Assembly: GCF_036389215.1 (NCBI RefSeq)
Contig: NZ_DASVQG010000144.1
Coordinates: 4,300 to 68,299 of the forward strand
DNA from: Jatrophihabitans sp.
Lineage (GTDB): Bacteria > Actinomycetota > Actinomycetes > Mycobacteriales > Jatrophihabitantaceae
DNA length: 64,000 nt
Reading direction: 5' to 3'
Below are positions 54,988 through 63,944 of the stretch, one piece after another. Position 1 is the first letter of the stretch. Every line of letters begins with the position of its first letter. The position numbers and the translations under genes were made by a program. The notes under the pieces were generated by a model that worked only from the letters and a program-made list of their open reading frames with translations, ran no database searches and had not been told where the DNA came from.

Positions 54988-56262
54988 TCAGGCCGCGGGC
55001 AGCTCGTGCCCCTCGACGACTGTCCGGCTGAGGACCCGGCTGTGCACGGTCGCCGACACCGGCCTCAGCAGCGACGCGGCGACCACCATGACCGCACCCA
55101 GAACCAGCCATCCGTAGTCGCCGAAGAGGTGCAGCGACCCGGTGACCAGGAACGGCCCGATCAGGAGCGGGAACGAGACGTAGGCCGACCAGACGGACTG
55201 GTTGTGGGCGGTGAGGTCGTGCCGGCGCAAGCTCATCGACAGGCCCCAGGTTGCCGCCGAGGCGTACAGCTCGCCGACCGACAGCGCTACCACCGCCACC
55301 AGCAGGAGAAGTACTCCTGCCAGGCTGGTGGTGGTGGCGCTGGCGAAGAAGAGCAGGCAGGCCAGGCCCAGTACCGCACCGCCGCGCAGGCCGGCCCGCG
55401 ATGCCCCGGCGATGTCGGAGGAGCCACGACTGAGCCGAACCTGGAAGGCGATCGCCACGATCGTGTTCACCGACATCGCCAGCCCGATGAGCCACTGGTG
55501 GCTGTGGTAGTTGCCCAGGATCAGCAGCGGCAGCCCGATGGTGAGCAGGCTGGTGCACAGGAAGAGGGTTCCGCACAGCAGCCCGATGACCGCGAACCTG
55601 GCGCCCGGCGGCGGTGCCGGACCCTGCGCCGCCGCCCGTACCGGATCAGGCGGTAACCGGGTCGCCAGGGCGGCCGCCAGCACGAAGGACACCCCGTTGC
55701 CGGCGACGACCAGGTACAGGCTGAGCCGGCTCTGCTGGCCGACAAGGGCCGCTGCGGCAAGCAGGGACCCGACGGCGAAGGAGAGGTTGTAGACCGATCG
55801 GTTGTAGGCCGCGATCCGCACCCGGTCGTCCACCGCCGCGAAGGCGTACAGGACGACCTTTCGAACCGGGCTCTCCCAGCCGTCCATGACCAGGAGGAAC
55901 ACGCTCAGCACCAGGAAGGCGGCAAACCCGTGGATCAGCAGGTAGGCCGGGAAGGCCGCGCCCCGGATCAGATGGACCCAGATCAGCGTGCGGCGGTGCC
56001 CCAGCCGGTCCGACAGCCGGCCCAGTGGCACCCGGGTCAGCAGGCTCACCACGCCACCGAAGCCCAGCGCCGCTCCGATCTGCGTCGGTGACACCCCGAT
56101 CACGCGCACGAACAGCACCACGCTGACGGTGAGGAAGCAGCCCGTTCCGGCCGAGTCGACGGTGGTGATGAGGGCGTAGGCGCGTTCCTGCGGCGTTGGC
56201 GGCAGGACGCTGCGAAGCGCCCGGGCAACCCTCAACGGCCAGCTCCTCGGTGCGCGCGGCAT
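54988..56262 (-). CDS. MFS transporter
   Basis: About 12 TM segments; motif A-like GRLSDRLGHRR. Confidence 0.92.
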   Translation of the reverse strand: MPRAPRSWPLRVARALRSVLPPTPQERAYALITTVDSAGTGCFLTVSVVLFVRVIGVSPTQIGAALGFGGVVSLLTRVPLGRLSDRLGHRRTLIWVHLIRGAAFPAYLLIHGFAAFLVLSVFLLVMDGWESPVRKVVLYAFAAVDDRVRIAAYNRSVYNLSFAVGSLLAAAALVGQQSRLSLYLVVAGNGVSFVLAAALATRLPPDPVRAAAQGPAPPPGARFAVIGLLCGTLFLCTSLLTIGLPLLILGNYHSHQWLIGLAMSVNTIVAIAFQVRLSRGSSDIAGASRAGLRGGAVLGLACLLFFASATTTSLAGVLLLLVAVVALSVGELYASAATWGLSMSLRRHDLTAHNQSVWSAYVSFPLLIGPFLVTGSLHLFGDYGWLVLGAVMVVAASLLRPVSATVHSRVLSRTVVEGHELPAA

Positions 56263-56356
56263 GGCTGGCGCTCGACCGGGACGGCGTGCACCGAGGGGAC
56301 ATCTTAGATCAAATCGCCTTATGTCGGCGAGTGCTTGTGGCTGGTTCGGTGGCTCC

Positions 56357-58087
56357 TCAGCCGCTCGTCACCGTCTGGCAGCCCAGCGCTGAGTTGGCCC
56401 CCACGCCGATGTTCAGCCCGTACGCGCACAGCTGGTTCGTCCCGGCGGCCAGCGCAACGGTGTAGCTGAACCCGTGGGCGCCGGTGACCGACCAGGCCCG
56501 GTTGACGTCGGCGCGGACCAGCGAGGTCTGGCTCGAGGCAACCTGCTTGCCGTTGCGGGTGACGCTCACGCCGATCGCCTGGGCGGCGTTGCTGAAATCG
56601 AAGGCCCAGCCGGTGACCACGGCCTGGGTGCCCTGGACGGTCACCGAATCGATCCGGCCGAACGGGGACGTCCTCAGCTGTACCACCCGGCACCCTGCCC
56701 GGCCGGTGGAGCCCGGGCCCTTGTTGAGGGCATAGACGCAGACCGTGCTGCTGCCGGCCGGCACCCGGACGGTGACCGTGAAGCCGTGCAGGCCGGTGCC
56801 GTGGAAGAGGTTGTTGATGTCGCGGCGCAGGATGGTGGAGCCCACCGTGCCCGCCAGCGCGCCGTTCACCCGGGCCACCACCGTCAGCGGGGCGTCCGGG
56901 GCGTCGTAGTCGAACGACCAGCCGGTGAGGGTGACGACACTGCCCTTCTGCACGACCTGGTCGACGTAGCCCACCGGAACACCGGGCAGCGGCACGCTCC
57001 GGCAGCCGATCTGGGTGTAGTGGCCGGCGCCCAGGTTCATCGCGTAGGCGCAGACGGTGTTGGCGCCGTTGTTGAGCTTGAGCGACGTGGTGTAGCCGTG
57101 GTTACCGGTGATCTTGTAATAGGCGTTGACGTCCGGGCGCGGCACGGTCGTCTGGACGTAGCTGACCGGGGTGCCGTTGACGTGGAACCAGATCCGCACG
57201 CCGCTGGTGGTGGCGTTCGGGTCGAAGGCCCAGCCGCTGATCTTCAGGTAGCGCCCGTACAGCCGCCAGACGTCCACCCTGCCCAGCGGGTCGTCGTGGG
57301 CGATCCGGCCGCCCGGCATCAGCAGCTTCGCCTCGCCGGTCACGATGCCGGGGATAGAGCCGTAGCTGCCGCCCTGGGTGAGGATCACCACCGCGTACCG
57401 GTCGCCGTTGACCAGGCCGGTGGAGTTGTAGGCAGGCTGCCAGGACGGGTTGTCGCCGCCCCAGCCCTGCTTGACGGCCGCGCCGGTGGTGGCGCTGGGA
57501 ATGCCGAAGAACTGGTAGGTGCCGTCGGAACCGTAGCGGGTCGCGTGGTGCATGGCGTTGCCCAGCCAGTTCCAGATCGCCGGGCGGTGCCGGACCTTGT
57601 TGTAGAAGGTGGCCATGCCGGCAGCCGTGATCCGGGTGCCGCCCCACCAGCCCGACCGCAGCGGGGGCGCGCCCAGGTTGGGAATGTCGAGCGCCTGCTT
57701 GATCCAGGTGATCAGGCCGTCACCACCGGTCCGGCCGTAGAGGGCGCTGGCGGAGGCGTCGTCGGACTGGGTGATCATCTTGTACGCGGTGGTCTGGTTC
57801 CAGCCGGTCATCTGCCCGGTCATCAGCAACCGGGTCGCGATGAACACCTTCATCACCGACTCGGAGGCGTAGTAGCTGTTGTAGTCACCTGCCCCGCTGA
57901 ATGTCCCGGTCTGGGTGTCGATCACCGCCACCGCCGATCGGTAGCCGTGCTGCCGGGCATAGTTGACAGCATTGGTCGCCTGGCTGCCGACCGAGGCCGC
58001 AGCCGGCGCGGGCACCGTCACCGCACTGATCAAGCCGATCACCAGAGCCAGTCCGCTGGCTCCGGCCAGCACCGCCTTTACGCGCAT
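56357..58087 (-). CDS. Secreted class-A beta-lactamase-like serine hydrolase with three C-terminal beta-rich repeats
   Basis: Signal peptide; SVMK (SxxK), SDD, KQGW; repeats of G.VD...GWAFD...R.DVN...G.HG. Confidence 0.8.
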   Translation of the reverse strand: MRVKAVLAGASGLALVIGLISAVTVPAPAAASVGSQATNAVNYARQHGYRSAVAVIDTQTGTFSGAGDYNSYYASESVMKVFIATRLLMTGQMTGWNQTTAYKMITQSDDASASALYGRTGGDGLITWIKQALDIPNLGAPPLRSGWWGGTRITAAGMATFYNKVRHRPAIWNWLGNAMHHATRYGSDGTYQFFGIPSATTGAAVKQGWGGDNPSWQPAYNSTGLVNGDRYAVVILTQGGSYGSIPGIVTGEAKLLMPGGRIAHDDPLGRVDVWRLYGRYLKISGWAFDPNATTSGVRIWFHVNGTPVSYVQTTVPRPDVNAYYKITGNHGYTTSLKLNNGANTVCAYAMNLGAGHYTQIGCRSVPLPGVPVGYVDQVVQKGSVVTLTGWSFDYDAPDAPLTVVARVNGALAGTVGSTILRRDINNLFHGTGLHGFTVTVRVPAGSSTVCVYALNKGPGSTGRAGCRVVQLRTSPFGRIDSVTVQGTQAVVTGWAFDFSNAAQAIGVSVTRNGKQVASSQTSLVRADVNRAWSVTGAHGFSYTVALAAGTNQLCAYGLNIGVGANSALGCQTVTSG

Positions 58088-58195
58088 CTGCTGCCCATCT
58101 CCTGTCCGGCCGGACGGTGTTGTCCGGCGGTGCCTTTCGCCGTGGTGCCGTGGTGCCGTGGTGCTGTGGTGCCTTTCCCTGTGGTGCCGTGGGGC

Positions 58196-59005
58196 TCAGC
58201 CTGTGGTGCCGGTGCTGCTGTCCGCGTGCGGTCGGGTACCGGCCCACCCTGGCTTGGGTCGCCAGCCGCGCTCGCCGACCAGCAGGATCAGGGTTGCCAG
58301 CAGCAACACGCCGGTGCCTGAGCTGAGCCCCGCCGCCGCATAGGCCAGCCCGCCGGCGAGCAACCCCTCGATGAGCATGACGGCGCGCAGCGAGACCGGT
58401 TCGAGCTTGCTCATCCGCAGGTGCAACTGCCGCAGCGCCGGTCCGGACCGGCACCGGGCGCTGAGCAGCACGGCCAGTCCGCGCACCAGGCCGAACACCG
58501 TTCCGCAGGCCAGCGCCAGCGCCGGTGATCCGGTCAGCGCGGCCAGCGCCACCACCAGGTAGGTCGCCGCGGTCATGATGTAGGTGGCGAAGCCGATGCC
58601 GATCTGCGCGCCGAAGCCGGCCGCGTACAGCCAGCGGCGATAGCGGGTCAGCCAGAGCTCGTTGACCTGGCGGGGATGCAGCGGCAGCTGGAATCCGGCC
58701 AGCCGCCGGTCCGCCGCGAGTGCGACCAGGCAGGCCAGCACGGCGATCCACAAGGCGGCCACCCGGTGATCGGCCAGCGGCCGCAGGACTAGTGCGAGCA
58801 GGCCGCTTGCGGACCCGAGCGCCACCCCGCCGAGCACCGAGCCCAGCACGAACCAGAGCGTGGTGAGCCAGTACCGGTTGCCGCGCGAGCGCTCGGAGAG
58901 CGGGTTGATGGCCGAGATCATCGACAGCCCGCACGGGGACCAGGTGCCGCGCGCTCCGGACACCGCCGCGATCAGCAGCGCGCCCGCTGCCAGCGCGCCG
59001 GTCAT
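58196..59005 (-). CDS. MauF/CcdA-like membrane protein
   Basis: Start ATG 59005 overlaps the upstream stop; TWSPCGLSM, RQVNELW, GFGAQIGIGF; multi-TM. Confidence 0.7.
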   Translation of the reverse strand: MTGALAAGALLIAAVSGARGTWSPCGLSMISAINPLSERSRGNRYWLTTLWFVLGSVLGGVALGSASGLLALVLRPLADHRVAALWIAVLACLVALAADRRLAGFQLPLHPRQVNELWLTRYRRWLYAAGFGAQIGIGFATYIMTAATYLVVALAALTGSPALALACGTVFGLVRGLAVLLSARCRSGPALRQLHLRMSKLEPVSLRAVMLIEGLLAGGLAYAAAGLSSGTGVLLLATLILLVGERGWRPKPGWAGTRPHADSSTGTTG

Positions 59006-61296
59006 ACCGGCACCACCGTCCAGTCGGCGTCCTCGTCCTCGGACACCGTCCGGCCGCCCAGCATGGCCGGCGCGGCGGCGGAGTCGGGACGGGCGGCGTA
59101 CACCGTGTAGGTGTGGGTGCCGGGCAGGTCGGCCAGGGTGATGTCGAAACCGGCTCCGGCAGCGCCGGTGAGCTCTGGATGATCGAGCCCGGTCTGGTGC
59201 CGCGACAGCGCGGCGCCGTCGCGGAAGACGGTCAGTGCCAGCCGGCTGGCGGGCCGGTCCGGGTCGTAAGCCCAGCCGGTGATCCGGACGGTGTCGCCCA
59301 TCCGGCGCACCGACTCCACCAGGCCGAGCGGGCCCGACTGGTTCACCCGGACGGTGTGCCGGCCGATCGGCGGGATGCCCTCGGCGCTCTTGCCGTCGTC
59401 GCCCTCGTCCTGGCTGAAGGCGTCCTGGCCGAGGGCATAGGCGGTGTAGGTGTGGACCCCGGTGCCGGCCGGGATCGTGAAGTCGAAGGCCCGCAGGCCG
59501 GCGGCACGGTCGAAGGCGGCCGGATCGGACCGGGCCGGGTACCAGTGCAGGGTGTGCTCGTCCTCGAACACCGCCACGGCGGGAGCGGCGCCGGCCGGAT
59601 CGGTGTCGGCAACCCAGCCGACCAGCCGCACGCCGGTGCCGGCGGCGGTGACCGAGTCCAGCCGGCCGGACAGCCGGGCCGGGGCAACGGCAACGGCAGC
59701 GGCAACGGCAACGGCAGCGGCCGGAGCGATGCCCGCCGGAGCCACCGCCGGCTTGGAAGCCGGCACCACCACGGTGCGCTGGGCCAGGAAGGCGTTGCTG
59801 ATGCCGCCGCCGGCGTCGAGCGCCCAGACCCGGTAGATGTGGCTGCCCGGCGTGGTCGGAATGGTGATCTTGAAACCGTGGATTCCGGTGATCTTGAAGG
59901 CGGCGTTGACGTCCTCGCGGTTCACGGTCGTCCTGGTGTCCGGAAGGCGGATGCCGTCCTGGAACACCGCGATGCCGATCGAGACGGTGGGCACGTCCTT
60001 GTCGAAGGCCCACCCGGTCAGCACCACGCTGGTGCCGATCGCGACCGCGGAGTCGAGGTAGCCGGTCGGCGCCACTCCCGGGGGAGCGGGCACCATCACG
60101 GTGCGCTGGGCCAGGAAGGCGTTGCTGGTGCCGCCGCCGGCGTTGAGCGCCCAGACCCGGTAGGTGTGGGTGCCCGGCGTGGTCGGGACGGTGATCTTGA
60201 AGCCGTGGATTCCGGTGATCTTGAACGCTGCGTTGACGTCCGCGCGGTTCACGGTCGTCTTGGTGTCCGGAAGGCGGATGCCGTCCTGGAACACCGCGAT
60301 GCCGATCGAGGTGCTGGGCACGTCCTTGTCGAAGGCCCACCCGGTCAGCACCACGCTGTTGCCGACAGCGACGGCGGAATCCAGGTAGCCGGTCGGTGCC
60401 ACCCCGGGATTGACCGTGATGCCGCGGCCGCCGAGGCGGGGGTTGGTGCCGGCCGGGCCGATGTTGATCGCCCACACGCTGTAGTAGTGGTAGCCGTTGG
60501 TCGCGGTGAAGCTGATGTCGTAACCGTGCTGGCCGGTGACGTGCCGGGCGCTGTTGACGTCCGGCCGGGGCTTGTTGGCGGCGTACGCCCGCAGGAACTT
60601 GCCGTCCTGATAGATGTGGACGGTGAGCGAGGTGCCCGGCGCGTCCGGGTCATAGGTCCAGCCCTTGATGTGCACCGTGTTGGCGGTGCTGGCGATCTGG
60701 TCGACGTAGCCGACCGGGGCCCGGTTGACGATGCACGGCGCGGAATGGCTGGCGGTGTTGTTGTCGGTGGCGCTGGAACTGGAGCAGGTGCCGCCGAACT
60801 GCACCCACGGCGGCGTGCAGGAGACCACCCGGCACAGCACCGGGCCGGTGGATGACCACGGGATCTGGGTGTTGCACTGGCCGTAGCGGAACTGGTTGCA
60901 GGCGACCAGGCGCTGGTCACAGGTGCTCTGGTTGCAGCGGCAGCCGTACCTGCCGTCGCGATAGGCGTTGCAGTCGATGTAGTAGCGGGCGCTGCCGCGG
61001 CAGAAGGAGGAGTTGTCCGCCTTCCACCAGCCACCGATGAAGGAGTCGGGCGGGCAGCTGTTGGAACCACCGTTGATGGTGCAGCAGAACACCGAGTAGC
61101 CGGCGCCGCAGGTGTTGTCGGCACCGCAGACCGAGTCATAGGCGCTGGCCGGCCGGGTCAGGTAACCCCATGGGTCGACCGCCAGCGCGGCACCGACCAG
61201 GGCCGCGCCGCCCAGGAACCCGCGGCGGCTGGCCAGCAGCCGCTCGGTCCGCTCGGCAACCCGGTTGACGATCCGCTCGGCCAGGCTAACCGGCAT
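59002..61296 (-). CDS. Tat-exported Cys-rich (MauA/MADH light-chain-like) protein fused to five beta-rich surface repeats
   Basis: SRRGFL twin-arginine motif; 16 Cys in about 135 aa, including NSCPPDS..GGWWKA...YYIDC; C-terminal repeats shared with the neighbouring serine hydrolase. Confidence 0.75.
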   Translation of the reverse strand: MPVSLAERIVNRVAERTERLLASRRGFLGGAALVGAALAVDPWGYLTRPASAYDSVCGADNTCGAGYSVFCCTINGGSNSCPPDSFIGGWWKADNSSFCRGSARYYIDCNAYRDGRYGCRCNQSTCDQRLVACNQFRYGQCNTQIPWSSTGPVLCRVVSCTPPWVQFGGTCSSSSATDNNTASHSAPCIVNRAPVGYVDQIASTANTVHIKGWTYDPDAPGTSLTVHIYQDGKFLRAYAANKPRPDVNSARHVTGQHGYDISFTATNGYHYYSVWAINIGPAGTNPRLGGRGITVNPGVAPTGYLDSAVAVGNSVVLTGWAFDKDVPSTSIGIAVFQDGIRLPDTKTTVNRADVNAAFKITGIHGFKITVPTTPGTHTYRVWALNAGGGTSNAFLAQRTVMVPAPPGVAPTGYLDSAVAIGTSVVLTGWAFDKDVPTVSIGIAVFQDGIRLPDTRTTVNREDVNAAFKITGIHGFKITIPTTPGSHIYRVWALDAGGGISNAFLAQRTVVVPASKPAVAPAGIAPAAAVAVAAAVAVAPARLSGRLDSVTAAGTGVRLVGWVADTDPAGAAPAVAVFEDEHTLHWYPARSDPAAFDRAAGLRAFDFTIPAGTGVHTYTAYALGQDAFSQDEGDDGKSAEGIPPIGRHTVRVNQSGPLGLVESVRRMGDTVRITGWAYDPDRPASRLALTVFRDGAALSRHQTGLDHPELTGAAGAGFDITLADLPGTHTYTVYAARPDSAAAPAMLGGRTVSEDEDADWTVVPV
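59763..60407 (-). repeat. Near-identical 327-bp (109-aa) internal tandem duplication
   Basis: VAPTGYLDSAVA.G.SVVLTGWAFDKDVP...SNAFLAQRTV twice; offset 327 bp measured at AGGTAG. Confidence 0.92.
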
Positions 61297-61828
61297 GCTG
61301 CACCTCGATCCGTTCCAGAACCTCGTTGGCCCGTTCGGCCAGCCGGACCGCCTGCCGGTGCGAGCCGATCACCACGTACAGGCAGAACGGCCGGTTCGCC
61401 TCGGTGAAGAAGTGCTGGAAGCCGGCCTGGCCGGCGACCCGGCGCTGCATGCCGTTCGGATTGAACTGACCCGGCCGCACCCGCGGCACGCCGCGCGGGG
61501 AGTACAGCGCCGTGCCCAGGCAGTCCGGCCCGAACTCGAGCAGCGCGACGAAGATGTTGTCAGGTCCCATCCGCTCGACCGCGCCGGTGCCGTAGTCGCC
61601 ACGCGAGGCAGGCAGCGCGAAGTTGGCCAGATGCAGGACGGGATGGCTCAGCTCGCCGGGCCAGCCGGTGGCGGTGGAGCGGGTGGACGGGGCCCGCAGC
61701 GCCGCGCCGGGCTCACCCACCGCGCCTGGCTCACCCACCGTGCGCCGGTACAGCCGCCCCTCCCAGCGCGCCGGGAGCGCGACGGCAAGGCCGTGGCCGG
61801 TGAGCCGGTTCTCGGTGAGCGGCTTCAT
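61286..61828 (-). CDS. Hypothetical protein in the mau-like operon
   Basis: Start ATG 61828 overlaps the upstream stop; LHLANFALP..RGDYG, ALLEFG, QHFFTEANRPFCLYVVIG. Confidence 0.75.
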   Translation of the reverse strand: MKPLTENRLTGHGLAVALPARWEGRLYRRTVGEPGAVGEPGAALRAPSTRSTATGWPGELSHPVLHLANFALPASRGDYGTGAVERMGPDNIFVALLEFGPDCLGTALYSPRGVPRVRPGQFNPNGMQRRVAGQAGFQHFFTEANRPFCLYVVIGSHRQAVRLAERANEVLERIEVQHAG

Positions 61829-62574
61829 GGTCGCTCGTCCTGCTCGGCCGTGGCGTACAGGCTCGGGTCCTGCGGGCCGATGCCGGCGCTCAGCAGGATC
61901 CGGTCGACGTCCCGCTCGCGCCTGCGGTCGGCGTCGGGCTTGTGCGCCAGCGCCGGGTGCCGGCTGTCCTCGACGGACACCCGGATCAGGCCGCTGACCT
62001 GGCTGAAGGACAGCCCCGAGCCCTCGCCCTTGACCCGTCCGGTGCGGCCGTCGGCGACCACCACGTAGGGGGAGCCCGGCACGTCGAAGTCGGCCCACGC
62101 CTGGCTGGACATCACCAGGTCCACGCCGTCCGGGCACAGCTGCGAGAGCACCGACGGGCTCTCCTCCTCAGGGCCCTTGGTGACCACCAGTAACCGGCTG
62201 CCCTGCGGCGTGGTCCAGGACCCGGGCTCGCCGAGCTCGTGCCAGAAGCCGGCGCAACCCTCGCACGTCGAGGACAGGAACGCCACGATGGTGTCGTGCT
62301 CGACGCCGACGGTGCGTACCGAGACGATCTCACCGCGCAGCGAGGTTCCCTCGATGTCGTGCGATTCGGCCCACTCGTCCCGGCCCTCGATCCGCTGCCC
62401 GGCGGCGGGCTCGGGGATGGCCGCCACGGTACGAAACGGTGGCGGGCCGGCCGAGGCGCCGCCGTCGAGCTGGTGCAGCCGGCGCAGCACGGCGGCATAC
62501 CCGCGCAGCAACCCGGCGACCAGCACGCACAGCACGGCCAGGATCACGGTCTCGGCAATCACCAACGCGGTCAT
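61825..62574 (-). CDS. MauD-like membrane-anchored thioredoxin-fold protein
   Basis: Start ATG 62574; N-terminal TM, FLSSTCEGC (CxxC), VPGSPY. Confidence 0.8.
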   Translation of the reverse strand: MTALVIAETVILAVLCVLVAGLLRGYAAVLRRLHQLDGGASAGPPPFRTVAAIPEPAAGQRIEGRDEWAESHDIEGTSLRGEIVSVRTVGVEHDTIVAFLSSTCEGCAGFWHELGEPGSWTTPQGSRLLVVTKGPEEESPSVLSQLCPDGVDLVMSSQAWADFDVPGSPYVVVADGRTGRVKGEGSGLSFSQVSGLIRVSVEDSRHPALAHKPDADRRRERDVDRILLSAGIGPQDPSLYATAEQDERP

Positions 62575-63107
62575 CGGGCGACCTCCAACTGTGCCGCGGC
62601 TGTGAGAAGTTCGGGAAGTGCCGTCATCACGAGGTAGGCCAGGTAAGCCAGCACGGCGGCGGCCAGCAGCAGCGCCGATGCGGTCACCGGAGCCTGGCCG
62701 AACCGGCTGATCAGCGTGCCGGCAGGGGCGATCAGGGCGACCACGCCCGCCAGCATGCAGCTCAGGTTGACCGCGGTGTGCCAGTGGCTGACCGCCACCG
62801 GCTTTGCGAAGCAGGCGCAGTCCTGCCCTGACTCGATGCTCATCATGCGGGCCGACAGCGCCGCGAGGACCAGATAGGCGAGCGCGATGGAAGCGGCCGC
62901 GACGCGGCCCCCGGCCAGCAGCGCCAGGGCCGCGACGGCTAGTTCCACGGCACCGGAAAGCCGGTTCGCCGCCTTGGCGCCGAGCCGGTCGGCACCGGGA
63001 ATGCCCGCCGCGGAAAGGGCTGAACGGATCGGTGCGGGTTGCCGGATCTTCGCCAGACCAGCCGCTGCCAGCAGCAGGGCGGCTGCGCTCACCAGAGAAA
63101 TCAACAC
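62571..63107 (-). CDS. MauE/DoxX-family redox-associated membrane protein
   Basis: LAAAGLAK, DCACF, HTAVNL; 4-5 TM segments. Confidence 0.85.
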   Translation of the reverse strand: MLISLVSAAALLLAAAGLAKIRQPAPIRSALSAAGIPGADRLGAKAANRLSGAVELAVAALALLAGGRVAAASIALAYLVLAALSARMMSIESGQDCACFAKPVAVSHWHTAVNLSCMLAGVVALIAPAGTLISRFGQAPVTASALLLAAAVLAYLAYLVMTALPELLTAAAQLEVAR

Positions 63108-63208
63108 CGCTCCCGCAGAGAACCAACCGGACGAGAAGTAACAAGCACAACACGGCTACGCCGGTCATGCAACCGTTGAGCCGGTGACTGGCAGTGACGG
63201 ATGGCTGA

Positions 63209-63769
63209 TCAGCCGCCTCGGACGACGACCCGTGTCACGCGGAACCGGCCGTCCGGCTGCTTGCTGACGGTGACGTCGATGAGCTTTCCGTTGCCCTGGT
63301 ACCCGAAGACCGTGGGCCCGTCGACGCCGTCGCGCGGCAGGTAGACCGCGGTGCTGCCGGTCGTTGCCAGCAGGCTGCGGGTCAGCGACTCAGGCACCGC
63401 ATTCGGCAGCACGCAGGCGATCGCCTCGGCTGCGTTGCCGGCGCTCAGCGCGCCCAGGTAGGCATCTGCCGCGTTCTGCGCGGCGTCCATGCCGCTGCAC
63501 AGGTGGGCCGGGACGGTGACCGTGCTCGGCGGCGGGTGCAGCACCGCCAGGCTGGTAGCGGCCGGTGCGCTGGGGCTCGGGGTGGTGCTGGCGGGCAGCG
63601 TGCTCGCCGGTTGGGTGCTGGCGGCTCGGGTGCTGGCGGGCGAGGACCGCACCGTCGCTGGTGGCGAGGTGGTCAGCTGGTGCGCGGTGCTGCTGTGTGA
63701 ACCGTCGCAGCCGGCCACCGCGAGGAGGAGCAGTACGCCGGCCAGTGCCGAGCGCCGGTCAAGCACCAT
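63209..63769 (-). CDS. Putative lipoprotein
   Basis: Lipobox VAG-C, Ser/Thr/Pro linker, small C-terminal domain with a Cys pair. Confidence 0.7.
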   Translation of the reverse strand: MVLDRRSALAGVLLLLAVAGCDGSHSSTAHQLTTSPPATVRSSPASTRAASTQPASTLPASTTPSPSAPAATSLAVLHPPPSTVTVPAHLCSGMDAAQNAADAYLGALSAGNAAEAIACVLPNAVPESLTRSLLATTGSTAVYLPRDGVDGPTVFGYQGNGKLIDVTVSKQPDGRFRVTRVVVRGG

Positions 63770-63944
63770 CCGGGCAAGCTCCTTGCGCTGTCGTGGTGGG
63801 CTGTCGTGGCGGGCGTCGTGGTGGGCTGTCGCTGGAGGGTTGTGGTACGTAGCGGCGCGGCCGGCCGGTCGGCACCGCTCGGCAAAGCTATAGCGGTCGG
63901 GGCCGGTGGGCCAATCGAGGCGCGCGGCCTACTACACTTGCGCC

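Noticed and set aside
53370-55031. 553-aa plus-strand ORF
   Set aside because: Antisense shadow of the CYTH-like and kinase genes.
56474-60855. Long plus-strand ORFs 56474-58321 and 59113-60855
   Set aside because: Antisense shadows of the serine hydrolase and the Tat Cys-rich gene, typical of high-GC DNA.
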